Virus record (IMG/VR): IMGVR_UViG_3300017958_000032
Coordinates: 1-32,976 of that record
Strand: one strand, 5' to 3'
DNA length: 32,976 nt
From: a virus
Lineage: Duplodnaviria > Caudoviricetes
In this document: positions 24,575 through 32,976 of the stretch, piece by piece
How the letters are laid out: each line of letters begins with the position of its first letter
Numbering within the stretch: the first letter of the stretch is position 1
Translations under genes and position numbers: made by a program
Notes under the pieces: generated by a model
Database searches by the model: none
The model's input: only the letters and a program-made list of their open reading frames with translations
Told to the model about the DNA's origin: nothing

Positions 24575-26368
24575 TTATTCTTCCTCTAGTTCCCTGTCAG
24601 TGAACGAAGTACTTTGTATTGCAGGTGAATTATTTTCATGCAATGCCCAAGGTTCGTGCATAGGAACTCTCTTCATTATTGACTTGATCTTTCCGTCTAA
24701 GTATCTAAGTTTAGGCCAACCCTTATCTGGATTTGTAAACAGATTAGTATGCAAATGAAGATCAGTAATCGTATTTGCTATAACTGCTTCTTCTGCTTGT
24801 CTTGCCTGCGGACCATTCATGTGTATCTGTGCAGCAGTTTCTGTGTGGTTTCCACCACTTAGAATATCTGTTGTTCCACCGGCACTGTAAGCATTATTTC
24901 CTTCGGTGTTAAGATCTAAATTGCCGGTTGTTTTAATTAGTGTATCTCCAAAAACTTTTACTTCGTAATCATGCGGAGCAACAATTCCGTATCCCGTAGA
25001 AAATCTTGTGCTACCTATCACGCTGATGTCCAGGTCGCCGTCGGTAGGAACACCTTCGGCATTTTCATAATTCCTAGTTTCTATTTTACCATTAGCGCCA
25101 ATTAAAATATTTGTATTAAACGCACTTTCGATTTGTATTCTTCCTGCTTCAAATTCTGCATCATCCTGTATCTTAGGAATAGGATTACCGTCATCATCTC
25201 TTCTATGCAGGGTTGAAGGCGAAGCATATTCTGCCGTTGCCTTCATATTAATATTTCGACCGGCTTCTATGTTGATGTCTCTGTCAGCCTTGATATTTAA
25301 ATCATTTTCTGTATGAATGCTAATGCTATCTGCGGCATAGATATCAATCTTACCATTGGATGTTAATTCTACCCAGGCAGTACCTTTCGAGTTGCCAATA
25401 TAAATTAAATCTTCTGAATTGTGTAATAATATCTGATGTCCGGTCCTAGTTCTAATTCTTGTATGTTCATTGTAAGGAATATCAGGACGACCCTTAGAGT
25501 TAGTTTTTTCTCCAGTAACTGCATCCTCTCCGTTAATAACGTCAATGTATTTTACAGGACCTGCACCAGCATCAGTATTTCTTATATAGCGATCATCTCC
25601 GTCATCAATTACAAATTGTGTTCCACCTAATCTGCTAACTGCAATACCTGTTAGAGATTGATTTTGTGTGGGACCTGTATTCATTCTCTTGGATCCATCT
25701 CTCCAATCAAGAGGACCAGGAGTTGAAATTCCAAAGACCGAATTAGGTGTTTGTCGACGACTAGTGGATGTTACTGTTCCTCTTACATCGTCTTCTAGAG
25801 TTCCTTGTTCTAAAAATCTGTCTGCAATAGGATGTACAGGCTTTTTTATTTTTTCAGGATTTTTTTCAGGATCATCTGCATTGTATCTTTTATTAATCTC
25901 TCCTGTTGGCAATGCTCTATCAGTATCGTACTTGTCTGCATCTGCGGCCGTTAGATCTACCTGCTCAGTTCCAGCAATTGCAGGAACCATGTGATTAGCA
26001 AAAGAAGGAGGTAGGCAAGCAAACCAATACCCTTCCGAAGGGTCACCGTCAACAAAGGCACACAAAACTGTAACACCTACATCAGGTGGAACAAACCACA
26101 TTCCGTAAGATTTCTGCGTATCGTTAAAATCATTATTGTTCTTGCCCATTGCTTCAAAAGGCGTATAGCCAAAGAACGGCGAAGCATAGTTTAAAATATA
26201 GGTTTGATTATCATCACCCATATCATTACCCTGATCCTTGAGCAGTGTTACTCTCAGTCTACCGTTAAAGGTAGGATCCATAACGCTTACTACTCTGGCC
26301 ATGTGTACACCGCTACCTAATCCCTTTCCTAGGGATTCTCTTGCCGGTGCTCTTCTTTGTATCGCCAT
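24575..26368 (-). CDS. gp5: Baseplate central spike, gp5/VgrG/gpV-like (597 aa), no lysozyme domain evident
   Basis: OB-fold motifs ARVVSVMDPTFNGRLRV and GMWFVPPDVGVTVLCAFVDGDP. RTRTGHQILL is followed by ~8-residue beta-helix repeats (SISIHTEN DLNIKADR DINIEAGR NINMKA). His-containing C-terminus. Confidence 0.88.
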   Translation of the reverse strand: MAIQRRAPARESLGKGLGSGVHMARVVSVMDPTFNGRLRVTLLKDQGNDMGDDNQTYILNYASPFFGYTPFEAMGKNNNDFNDTQKSYGMWFVPPDVGVTVLCAFVDGDPSEGYWFACLPPSFANHMVPAIAGTEQVDLTAADADKYDTDRALPTGEINKRYNADDPEKNPEKIKKPVHPIADRFLEQGTLEDDVRGTVTSTSRRQTPNSVFGISTPGPLDWRDGSKRMNTGPTQNQSLTGIAVSRLGGTQFVIDDGDDRYIRNTDAGAGPVKYIDVINGEDAVTGEKTNSKGRPDIPYNEHTRIRTRTGHQILLHNSEDLIYIGNSKGTAWVELTSNGKIDIYAADSISIHTENDLNIKADRDINIEAGRNINMKATAEYASPSTLHRRDDDGNPIPKIQDDAEFEAGRIQIESAFNTNILIGANGKIETRNYENAEGVPTDGDLDISVIGSTRFSTGYGIVAPHDYEVKVFGDTLIKTTGNLDLNTEGNNAYSAGGTTDILSGGNHTETAAQIHMNGPQARQAEEAVIANTITDLHLHTNLFTNPDKGWPKLRYLDGKIKSIMKRVPMHEPWALHENNSPAIQSTSFTDRELEEE

Positions 26369-26380
26369 TAGTTACTACCT

Positions 26381-28945
26381 TTAAATATAAAAATCATCAT
26401 CAAAATCATACTCAGTTGTTTCTGAAGTGTTAGTTGCTGGCTTAGTCTCGCCGCCAACTTTAGTTGTTGTATTATTTGTCTTATCAGTTTTAATTTTATC
26501 AGCAAAGTCACTAGGTTGTGCTTGCAATCTCACGCAGGTTAGTGTCTGTCTAAATTGTCCTTCTGCAAATCTAGTCAAACATTTAACCACCCTATAAATT
26601 CCTGTAAATGGACTTACCTTGTCTTTATTAAATTCAAAATTACCAGTTCTCTGATTAACATCGGCAGGAGTTCTAAATGTTATAAAAATGTATACATCCT
26701 GTCCTTCGTAGTTTGCTGTTCCATCCTCGGTCATTAGAGGAGATTTTGCTGATTCCTTTGCAAAGTAATTTGAAAATCCACTGTCAACCAGCCAATAGGT
26801 GTCTCCCATAATTTCTAATTCTACCTTGACTAAGTCCGCAGATGTCACGTTAATGAATGCGTTTTGAAATGCTTCAGCGACTTTTTGTTCAACATCGGTT
26901 GTGCCTGCACCACCTTTCATTAGAGTAAACTGATCTGGAGTTTTCTTAATTTTAGATTTACCAAGAAACGCAGTCTGTGCTTTCTTCTCGTTACCTTCTC
27001 CTGTTGTAGTTTCTTTTGGCGTTTGTTCAGCAACACCTTTTTGATCTGGTGCTTGTTCGTTTTTTGTTTTTGCTTCTGTTGCAGGAGCACCTCCAGTATA
27101 AAACAAGTAGTCAATCTTGATTTCAAAATTTAAAACTTCAGTGTTTAGTCCGGTGTATATGTAATCGTATCTCTTAACTATAGTTTTTTCAATTTCAGTT
27201 ATTCCAACTGGAACTGAATTAGGGTTACCAAAGATGCTAGAATGTACCTTAAAGGGAACTACTCTATAAATAAATTTCTTTGCATAATCTCCAATTAAAT
27301 CGTCATACTCTAAAAATTCAACCTGGACATCAATTTTAAACCAATCTATCATTCCATCTGCTTTGGTTGCTTTTTGTGTCGCTTGTTTTGCAAATGTTGA
27401 ACTTAAAATTACCTGAGTTATGATGTCTGTTAGTTTCTGAGCCTGTGTAAAATGAAATGATCTGTTTCCTTCATGAATTTCCATCACTCCTCTTTTTATT
27501 CTACCAGTTTTTTCATCAGCCACTTCCTTATCATCTTTGAAAGGAAAATTACCTCCCTTTCCTACACCAAAACCAAATCCTGATTTAGCAATAGCATTGT
27601 TACCGATATTTTTATTTGTTGTTGTTTGAACATCGCTACCACCTACTACTTTTTTGCCAGGATCTTTTGGATCTGCTGTTGCACCAGCATCTCCAGAAAC
27701 ACTATCTGCTGTTTGCTCTGTATATCTCTTACTGGCTACTTCAGGAAAGTGTATTTCGTAAACATCCTTAATCTTGTATTTTCCTTCTTTGACTAATTTT
27801 TCTTCGTTACTGTTTAAAAGTTTTACAAGACTTTTTGCGCCTGTTGCCAACACATCCTTAACTGTATTTTTATCAGCGTCGTTATTAAACGCTGCCTCGG
27901 CTCTAAAATCTCCCGTACCCTGAATAACTATATCAGTCCATGCTGTGTCGACCGTATCAGCAAAGCCTTGATGATTATACGGATAGGCTTCAACGTTATA
28001 ACTGCTTCCTGACTCATCAACATTAAAAGTAACTTTCTTGAGTTTTAAAATAAAATACTTAGGCTTGATAGATTTTCTAATTGATCCATCTTCATTGAAT
28101 CCTATAATGTCGAGTTTTAGCAAGAAGGGCGAATCTAAATAATTTACGTATCCTGCCTTGATTGCTGCCACCTGCATACTCTGTAGAAACAGACCCATAC
28201 TGAAAGGTTCTTTAACATTAAAAGTAAAACTAACTGCGTTCTGGTTTCCCGTCTTTGGGTTAGCAGCGATAACGCTGGTCATCTCAAAATTGTCTATAAA
28301 ATATTCAGGAGTGCCGTATTCTGTTGCTACCCTTGAAGATTTACCATCCTTGATAAAATCTCTACCTGCGGATGAAAATATAATGCTTGATGATAGATTA
28401 GTTGATTTTGATTCAAATCCGCCAGTAATGGCATCCTTGAAAGCGGTCTTTACATCGTAACTCTGTGCTGCAAAACTTAATCCATCTGCAAGCCTATAAA
28501 GGCTTGGATTATTAAATTGTTTAGGAGTTAAGACTGCCATGGTCCATAAAGAGTTGTACGTGGCAAATTGCTGAAGAGGATTTGGAACAACATTGGTTAG
28601 ATTGTATCCTCCTGATGCTGGTAAATTTTCCTGAGAATTTGTTCTTACCGTTTCTGTTTTTTCTTCTTTCGAACCGGCCTGTGCATCTACTTTTGTAGTA
28701 GCACCTTCTTTTTTCTGTGTTAAGAAAGCATACGCCTTCGTGATAGCCGTGTCTGCTGCGGCATACTGTTGCGTAGTTCCGTCTGGCTTTTTGTTTTGAT
28801 ATCTATCTAACTGTTCCTGTGTTCCGTAGATACGAGTCTTTTGACCAAATAATATCTTGTCAATATAAGGTTGTGACCTGTCAATATTAGTATTGGAGGT
28901 TTCACCGTTGCTCTGTATTCTTCTTTCTACGAATTCAGCATTCAT
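26381..28945 (-). CDS. Putative baseplate hub protein (gp27 / Mu gp44-like), 854 aa
   Basis: Lies between the gp53-like gene and the spike. The late-domain pattern VELEIMGD...FTGIYRVVKCLTRFAEGQFRQTLTCVR resembles hub/GPD C-terminal barrels. The ORF is secure; the function is inferred. Confidence 0.65.
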   Translation of the reverse strand: MNAEFVERRIQSNGETSNTNIDRSQPYIDKILFGQKTRIYGTQEQLDRYQNKKPDGTTQQYAAADTAITKAYAFLTQKKEGATTKVDAQAGSKEEKTETVRTNSQENLPASGGYNLTNVVPNPLQQFATYNSLWTMAVLTPKQFNNPSLYRLADGLSFAAQSYDVKTAFKDAITGGFESKSTNLSSSIIFSSAGRDFIKDGKSSRVATEYGTPEYFIDNFEMTSVIAANPKTGNQNAVSFTFNVKEPFSMGLFLQSMQVAAIKAGYVNYLDSPFLLKLDIIGFNEDGSIRKSIKPKYFILKLKKVTFNVDESGSSYNVEAYPYNHQGFADTVDTAWTDIVIQGTGDFRAEAAFNNDADKNTVKDVLATGAKSLVKLLNSNEEKLVKEGKYKIKDVYEIHFPEVASKRYTEQTADSVSGDAGATADPKDPGKKVVGGSDVQTTTNKNIGNNAIAKSGFGFGVGKGGNFPFKDDKEVADEKTGRIKRGVMEIHEGNRSFHFTQAQKLTDIITQVILSSTFAKQATQKATKADGMIDWFKIDVQVEFLEYDDLIGDYAKKFIYRVVPFKVHSSIFGNPNSVPVGITEIEKTIVKRYDYIYTGLNTEVLNFEIKIDYLFYTGGAPATEAKTKNEQAPDQKGVAEQTPKETTTGEGNEKKAQTAFLGKSKIKKTPDQFTLMKGGAGTTDVEQKVAEAFQNAFINVTSADLVKVELEIMGDTYWLVDSGFSNYFAKESAKSPLMTEDGTANYEGQDVYIFITFRTPADVNQRTGNFEFNKDKVSPFTGIYRVVKCLTRFAEGQFRQTLTCVRLQAQPSDFADKIKTDKTNNTTTKVGGETKPATNTSETTEYDFDDDFYI

Positions 28946-28946
28946 A

Positions 28947-29246
28947 CTAGACTCCTAAGAATTTTTTCAAGTTGGATTCTTTAGGAATGTAAATTCTTTT
29001 TCCGGGTTCAAAATCGTAAATTGGGTCTTTTATCACTTCCATGTTTCTTTGTGTAAACACCCACCACAACTTAGGATCTCCGTATAGATCATATGCTAAC
29101 AGATCAGGTCTATGCTTGTATTGGTTTTCAATCGTGTAAAGAAAATCGTCTGCCTCAGCCGGAACTGGTCTAATCTTTAACAAATCAAGATAAAGATTAT
29201 TTTGTTCCGTAATAGAGTATGGCGAAGTTGATTGGTATATTGCCAT
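28947..29246 (-). CDS. gp53: Baseplate wedge protein, gp53 / LysM-like (P2 gpX-like), 99 aa
   Basis: YTIENQYKHRPDLLAYDLYGDPKLWWVF...IKDPIYDFEPGKRIYIP is the gp53/LysM-type signature. Confidence 0.85.
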   Translation of the reverse strand: MAIYQSTSPYSITEQNNLYLDLLKIRPVPAEADDFLYTIENQYKHRPDLLAYDLYGDPKLWWVFTQRNMEVIKDPIYDFEPGKRIYIPKESNLKKFLGV

Positions 29247-29247
29247 A

Positions 29248-30378
29248 TTATAAGTATCCTTGTCCCGAAGGAGTTTTTAATGTTCCTCGTGCATAATCTG
29301 TTAAACTAAACTGTCTTAAGTTTCTTCTATTGTAAACTGGTTGTACTTGAACTGAAAAACTGCTTGTGACAGGAACCCATGTATTTGTTCCAAACTTGTC
29401 ACAACGTATATAGTTGACATCATTGGGCATGTCGACACTAAATGATTTAACAACCACAGGAACATTGTCAAAGAAACTAGCACCATATCCACTGAGTTGA
29501 CAAACAGGCGGTGGAGCACCTGCATTAGCACCTTGGCCAAAAAACATCTTTGTCATAGTTCTAAAAAATGCTACTGAACTAATCCAATATGCTGCTTGGG
29601 TTTCGTTTTCGCAGATAAAGGTTCCATCTATAGAAATCGCATCCACTTCACTGTTCTTATAGGCTTGGAATGGATAGTTGTTGTGTATAGGATCGATGGA
29701 TGTGTAGTTTGCCTTTGTTGAATATTGTATCTGTGGAAGTATAGGAAACACAACTCCTCTGGTTCCTTCATCATTCAAAGGTGCAAACAAAGGATTGCCT
29801 GAGAACAGAGTCCAATCGCAGGTAATTCTAACACGCCAGTCATCACTGTCATGAGGTTGTACTGTTATTCCTTGTCCAGTATTTTTAAACAGCTCGCCAT
29901 TCTGAGGTAAGTTCTCTGCTCTCTTCAGGCTTAACAAATCGTTAAGTGCTCCAGCACCTTTGGATATTCCTTTTGCTAGATCTTGAAATCCGCCGGCTAA
30001 ATCGCCGCCGCTGAACTTTCCTAAAACTCCACTTATGTCTTTGCCAACTCCCTTGGCAAAATCACCAATGGCTCCGAATGTCCCGCCGTCAGTCAGTGAA
30101 CTTATTGAACCATTTCCTAGAGGACTGTTAACGGTATCTTTTACCTGTCCCATTCCCGTGTTTATTTGATCAAAGAATGTTCCGCCGGCGCCCGATGCCT
30201 GGTTGTATCCGCTTCCTACCTGTCCTGACAATTGTGCAACCTTTGCATCTAAATTTGCTTTTTCCAGTTCTGCTCCAATCTTAGGTTTTGCTTCATCATA
30301 GGCTGCTATTGCCTGTTGAATACCCTGATCGACCTTTTGCACTAGGAACGGTAATGGGTTTATGTTTAATCCTGCCAT
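29248..30378 (-). CDS. Putative tail-tube initiator / baseplate tube-cap protein (gp48/gp54/gpU-like), 376 aa
   Basis: C-terminal half VVFPILPQIQY...IHNNYPFQAY...ISIDGTF...GAPPPVCQLSGYG...NVPVVVKSFSV resembles tube-fold initiators that precede LysM-like genes in contractile systems. Gly-rich N-terminal half. First gene of the operon, with an AAGGA SD. Confidence 0.6.
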   Translation of the reverse strand: MAGLNINPLPFLVQKVDQGIQQAIAAYDEAKPKIGAELEKANLDAKVAQLSGQVGSGYNQASGAGGTFFDQINTGMGQVKDTVNSPLGNGSISSLTDGGTFGAIGDFAKGVGKDISGVLGKFSGGDLAGGFQDLAKGISKGAGALNDLLSLKRAENLPQNGELFKNTGQGITVQPHDSDDWRVRITCDWTLFSGNPLFAPLNDEGTRGVVFPILPQIQYSTKANYTSIDPIHNNYPFQAYKNSEVDAISIDGTFICENETQAAYWISSVAFFRTMTKMFFGQGANAGAPPPVCQLSGYGASFFDNVPVVVKSFSVDMPNDVNYIRCDKFGTNTWVPVTSSFSVQVQPVYNRRNLRQFSLTDYARGTLKTPSGQGYL

Positions 30379-30462
30379 TTTGGTAATATTTCCTTATCTT
30401 TACTCTATTTATTTCTTTCATTATGTGCTATTATAATAAATATTAGGAGAACTATCTAAAAC
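30379..30462. promoter_or_regulatory. 84-bp divergent promoter region
   Basis: AATAAATA on the minus strand at 30406-30413 and on the plus strand at 30435-30442. The plus copy overlaps TATAAT (30432-30437). SD AGGAG at 30445-30449. Confidence 0.7.
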
Positions 30463-31299
30463 ATGCAAAAAATTAAATATCTTACAAATAAAGACCTTTT
30501 GGCAGAGATACACCGCAGCAAAAATACATTTTGTTCGTTCATAGACGAGGAATATCATCAATATGACATTATCCTGCCAAGCCTAGAAAAAATTAACATA
30601 AGGACCATAGCAGAAGCAAAAAGAAATCATGCTGCTAGATTAGCCAAACAAGCACACGAAGCAGCCGTTGAAGCGGCCGGTAAAAAGATTCCAGCAAAAC
30701 AGTTTGAAATAGATTATAGAAAAATGGAAAAACATGATCTAATCTTCCGTATAATGACATTTGAACACATTCCCGAGGATCTTACAAGAAAGAAAACCAA
30801 AAAGAATACTGCTGACAGTCACGTAAAAGTTAACTTTCCACCATTCCAACATTGGAAGTTTGATGAGAAGGACAACCTAATCTGCGTGGGCAAGAGCCAT
30901 TGGGAAGGCGGTATGGAAAACGGACACTTTGCTCTTAAAAAAGGACAGATGACTAATGATCTTGCTAGAATGTTTATGAAACTATGCGATCGCTATGCTA
31001 CCCGTGGTAATGTAAGAGGATACACCTACAATGACGAAATGAAAGGACAAGCAATACTGCAACTTGCTCAAATTGGTTTACAGTTTGATGAAAGCAAATC
31101 AAACAACCCGTTTGCTTACTACACAGCAGCAGTCACTAATTCATTTGTGCGTATTATCAACATTGAAAAACGCAATCAAAACATTAGAGACGACATCCTT
31201 GAAATGAACGGAATGAATCCTAGTTGGACTAGACAGGAATCAGGTCGTAACAATGGAATGGAAACACCCAGGACTACTGATAAAAAATCCGAAGAATAA
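30463..31299 (+). CDS. gp55: Late-transcription sigma factor, T4 gp55-like (278 aa)
   Basis: YLTNKDLLAEI at the N-terminus and NVRGYTYNDEMKGQAI...FDESKSNNPFAYYTAAVTNSFVRIINIEK match gp55 region-2 motifs. Sits upstream of gp47 and gp46, as in T4-like phages. Confidence 0.88.
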   Translation: MQKIKYLTNKDLLAEIHRSKNTFCSFIDEEYHQYDIILPSLEKINIRTIAEAKRNHAARLAKQAHEAAVEAAGKKIPAKQFEIDYRKMEKHDLIFRIMTFEHIPEDLTRKKTKKNTADSHVKVNFPPFQHWKFDEKDNLICVGKSHWEGGMENGHFALKKGQMTNDLARMFMKLCDRYATRGNVRGYTYNDEMKGQAILQLAQIGLQFDESKSNNPFAYYTAAVTNSFVRIINIEKRNQNIRDDILEMNGMNPSWTRQESGRNNGMETPRTTDKKSEE

Positions 31300-31304
31300 T
31301 AGAC

Positions 31305-31333
31305 TTGACAAGACGCCTAAAGTTAGTTACAAT
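31305..31333 (+). promoter_or_regulatory. Near-consensus sigma70 promoter (TTGACA-17 bp-TACAAT)
   Basis: TTGACA at 31305-31310, a 17-bp spacer, TACAAT at 31328-31333, SD AAGGAG at 31339-31344, ATG at 31350. Confidence 0.85.
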
Positions 31334-31349
31334 AACATAAGGAGTAAAA

Positions 31350-32360
31350 ATGCCGTTATTTAAGAAAGCAGCCTGCTTCACAGACATTCACTTTGGAATG
31401 AAGAGTGGTAGCAGGACACACAACATAGATTGTGAAGATTTTGTTAAATGGTTTTGCGAACAAGCCAAAGCCGCTGGTGCTGAGACCTGTATCTTTTTAG
31501 GAGACTGGCACCATAACCGTGCGACCACTGATGTCAGCACAATGAACTATACAGTTTCAAACTTAGAAAGACTTAACCAAACATTTGAAAAAGTTTATTT
31601 CATGGTTGGTAACCATGATTTGTTCTACAAGGACAAGCGTGAAATCAATTCTATCGAATTCATGCGATTATTTCCTAACATTGTTCCTATCACTAAAATA
31701 TTTACAGAAGGTGAAGTAACATTACTTCCGTGGTTAGTTGGAGAAGAATGGAAGACAGTTAAGAATATTAAAAGTAGATACGTGTTTGGACACTTTGAAC
31801 TTCCATACTTCAAGATGAACGCAATGGTGGAGATGCCAGACCATGGTGAACTACAACCAGATCATTTTGTCAATCAGGAATATGTGTTCTCAGGACACTT
31901 CCACAAACGCCAAACTAAAGGTAATGTAACCTACATCGGTAATGCATTTCCACACAACTATGCAGATGCATGGGACGACGAGCGTGGTATGATGATACTC
32001 GAATGGGGTGGAACACCCGAATACAAGACTTGGGACGATCAGCCAGTTTATAGAACATTTAAATTGAGCCAATTGTTAGAAAAACCCGAGGATCATTTAA
32101 AAGAAAAAATGCACGCCAGGGTAACTATCGACGTACAGATTACATTTGAAGAAGCAAACTTTATCAAGGAACAGTTTATTCCCCAATTTAAATTGCGTGA
32201 ACTAATGCTAATTCCAGAAAAGGTTGAAGTGGAATCAAATATTGATCCTATTGATCTTTCATTTGAAAGTGTTGATACTATTGTAATGAATCAGATAGAA
32301 CAGTTAGACAGCGAAACGTATGACAAGCGTATGCTGACGGAGATTTATCAAGACCTATGA
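31350..32360 (+). CDS. gp47: Recombination endonuclease subunit, gp47/SbcD/Mre11-like metallophosphoesterase (336 aa)
   Basis: Motifs FTDIHFG, LGDWHH, VGNHD, GHFE and SGHFH. Directly followed by an SbcC-like ATPase. Confidence 0.95.
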   Translation: MPLFKKAACFTDIHFGMKSGSRTHNIDCEDFVKWFCEQAKAAGAETCIFLGDWHHNRATTDVSTMNYTVSNLERLNQTFEKVYFMVGNHDLFYKDKREINSIEFMRLFPNIVPITKIFTEGEVTLLPWLVGEEWKTVKNIKSRYVFGHFELPYFKMNAMVEMPDHGELQPDHFVNQEYVFSGHFHKRQTKGNVTYIGNAFPHNYADAWDDERGMMILEWGGTPEYKTWDDQPVYRTFKLSQLLEKPEDHLKEKMHARVTIDVQITFEEANFIKEQFIPQFKLRELMLIPEKVEVESNIDPIDLSFESVDTIVMNQIEQLDSETYDKRMLTEIYQDL

Positions 32361-32976
32361 TCAAGATTAAAAATATAACAGTTAAGAATTTTATGAGTGT
32401 GGGTAATCAAACCCAAGCAATCGATTTTGACAAGGGCGAACTTACCTTGGTATTAGGTGAGAACCTTGACTTAGGCGGAGACGATAGTGGTTCCAGAAAC
32501 GGCACTGGTAAAACCACTATTGTTAATGCATTAAGTTATGCAATATACGGGAACGCACTGACAAATATTAAACGTGATAACCTTATCAATAAAATTAATG
32601 GTAAGGGTATGCTGGTTACTATCGAATTTGAAAAAGATGGTGTTGAATATTCAATACACAGAGGTAGAAAGCCTAACATATTGAAGTTTACAGTTAACGG
32701 AACTGAACAAGAAGCATCAGATACTGACGAAGCACAAGGCGATAGCAGAGAAACACAGAAAGCCATTGAAGATTTATTTGGCATGAGTCATGATATGTTT
32801 AAACACATTCTTGCTCTAAACACATATACCGAACCTTTCTTATCTATGAAAGGAAATGATCAGAGAATGATCATTGAACAGTTATTAGGAATTACCTTAC
32901 TTTCAGAAAAGGCAGAGGCACTCAAGGAAAAAATGCGTGAAAACAGAGATGCAATCAACGCAGAAAATACAAGAAT
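32357..32976 (+). CDS. gp46: Recombination ATPase subunit, gp46/SbcC/Rad50-like (5' part, truncated by the window)
   Basis: Not in the ORF track. ATGA overlap with the gp47 stop. It reads MIKIKNITVKNFMSVGN...LVLGEN...RNGTGKTTIVNALSYAIYG (Walker A) and stays open to the window end. Confidence 0.93.
   Translation, partial: MIKIKNITVKNFMSVGNQTQAIDFDKGELTLVLGENLDLGGDDSGSRNGTGKTTIVNALSYAIYGNALTNIKRDNLINKINGKGMLVTIEFEKDGVEYSIHRGRKPNILKFTVNGTEQEASDTDEAQGDSRETQKAIEDLFGMSHDMFKHILALNTYTEPFLSMKGNDQRMIIEQLLGITLLSEKAEALKEKMRENRDAINAENTR

Noticed and set aside
25841-25847. In-phase A-AAA-AAG slippery heptamer in the spike gene
   Set aside because: The -1 frame closes within about 30 codons, I saw no stimulatory structure, and such runs are expected in AT-rich DNA.
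693-28460. Many plus-strand ORFs of 60-155 aa in the track
   Set aside because: All are antisense to long, motif-bearing minus-strand genes and have no recognisable motifs. They are best explained as codon-bias shadows.
20694-30378. Bacterial contractile injection system (T6SS, eCIS or tailocin)
   Set aside because: The linked gp55, gp47 and gp46 genes and the T4-type late motifs indicate a phage genome.
31625-32784. Minus-strand ORFs opposite gp47 and gp46
   Set aside because: They are antisense shadows of well-supported genes.
1-32976. Stop-codon reassignment, as seen in some large phages
   Set aside because: Genes are intact and densely packed under the standard code. TAG ends the gp53-like gene and TGA ends gp47 at sensible positions.
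1-32976. tRNA, ncRNA, CRISPR array or intrinsic terminators
   Set aside because: Intergenic gaps are at most 84 bp and show no cloverleaf, repeat-spacer pattern or GC hairpin with a U-tract.

Overview
This AT-rich window comes from a large T4-like (probably jumbo) myophage genome, read with the standard code (TAA, TAG and TGA all act as stops). Bases 1-30378 are one tightly packed minus-strand virion operon. In transcription order it holds: a tube-initiator-like gene, a gp53/LysM-like gene, a hub-like gene, a gp5/VgrG-like spike, gp25, an enlarged gp6, a giant 4647-aa protein, a small fibre-attachment-like protein and three paralogous tail fibres. The last fibre (1-2005) is missing from the ORF track because it runs off the window edge. 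On the plus strand, diverging from this operon, are a gp55-like late sigma factor, gp47 (Mre11/SbcD-like) and the 5' part of gp46 (Rad50/SbcC-like). The most notable feature is the giant protein, which looks like a gp7/gpI-type wedge scaffold expanded into an adhesin. It contains an FG-GAP beta-propeller with CBM5/12-like modules inserted in its loops, one of which carries a further nested insert. Also notable are the mosaic fibre array with a GC-rich patch, a gp55 with a large insertion, and back-to-back late-promoter motifs between gp55 and the structural operon. All family calls come from motif recognition by eye; no database search was run. I saw no RNA genes, CRISPR arrays, RT/DGR or mobile elements.
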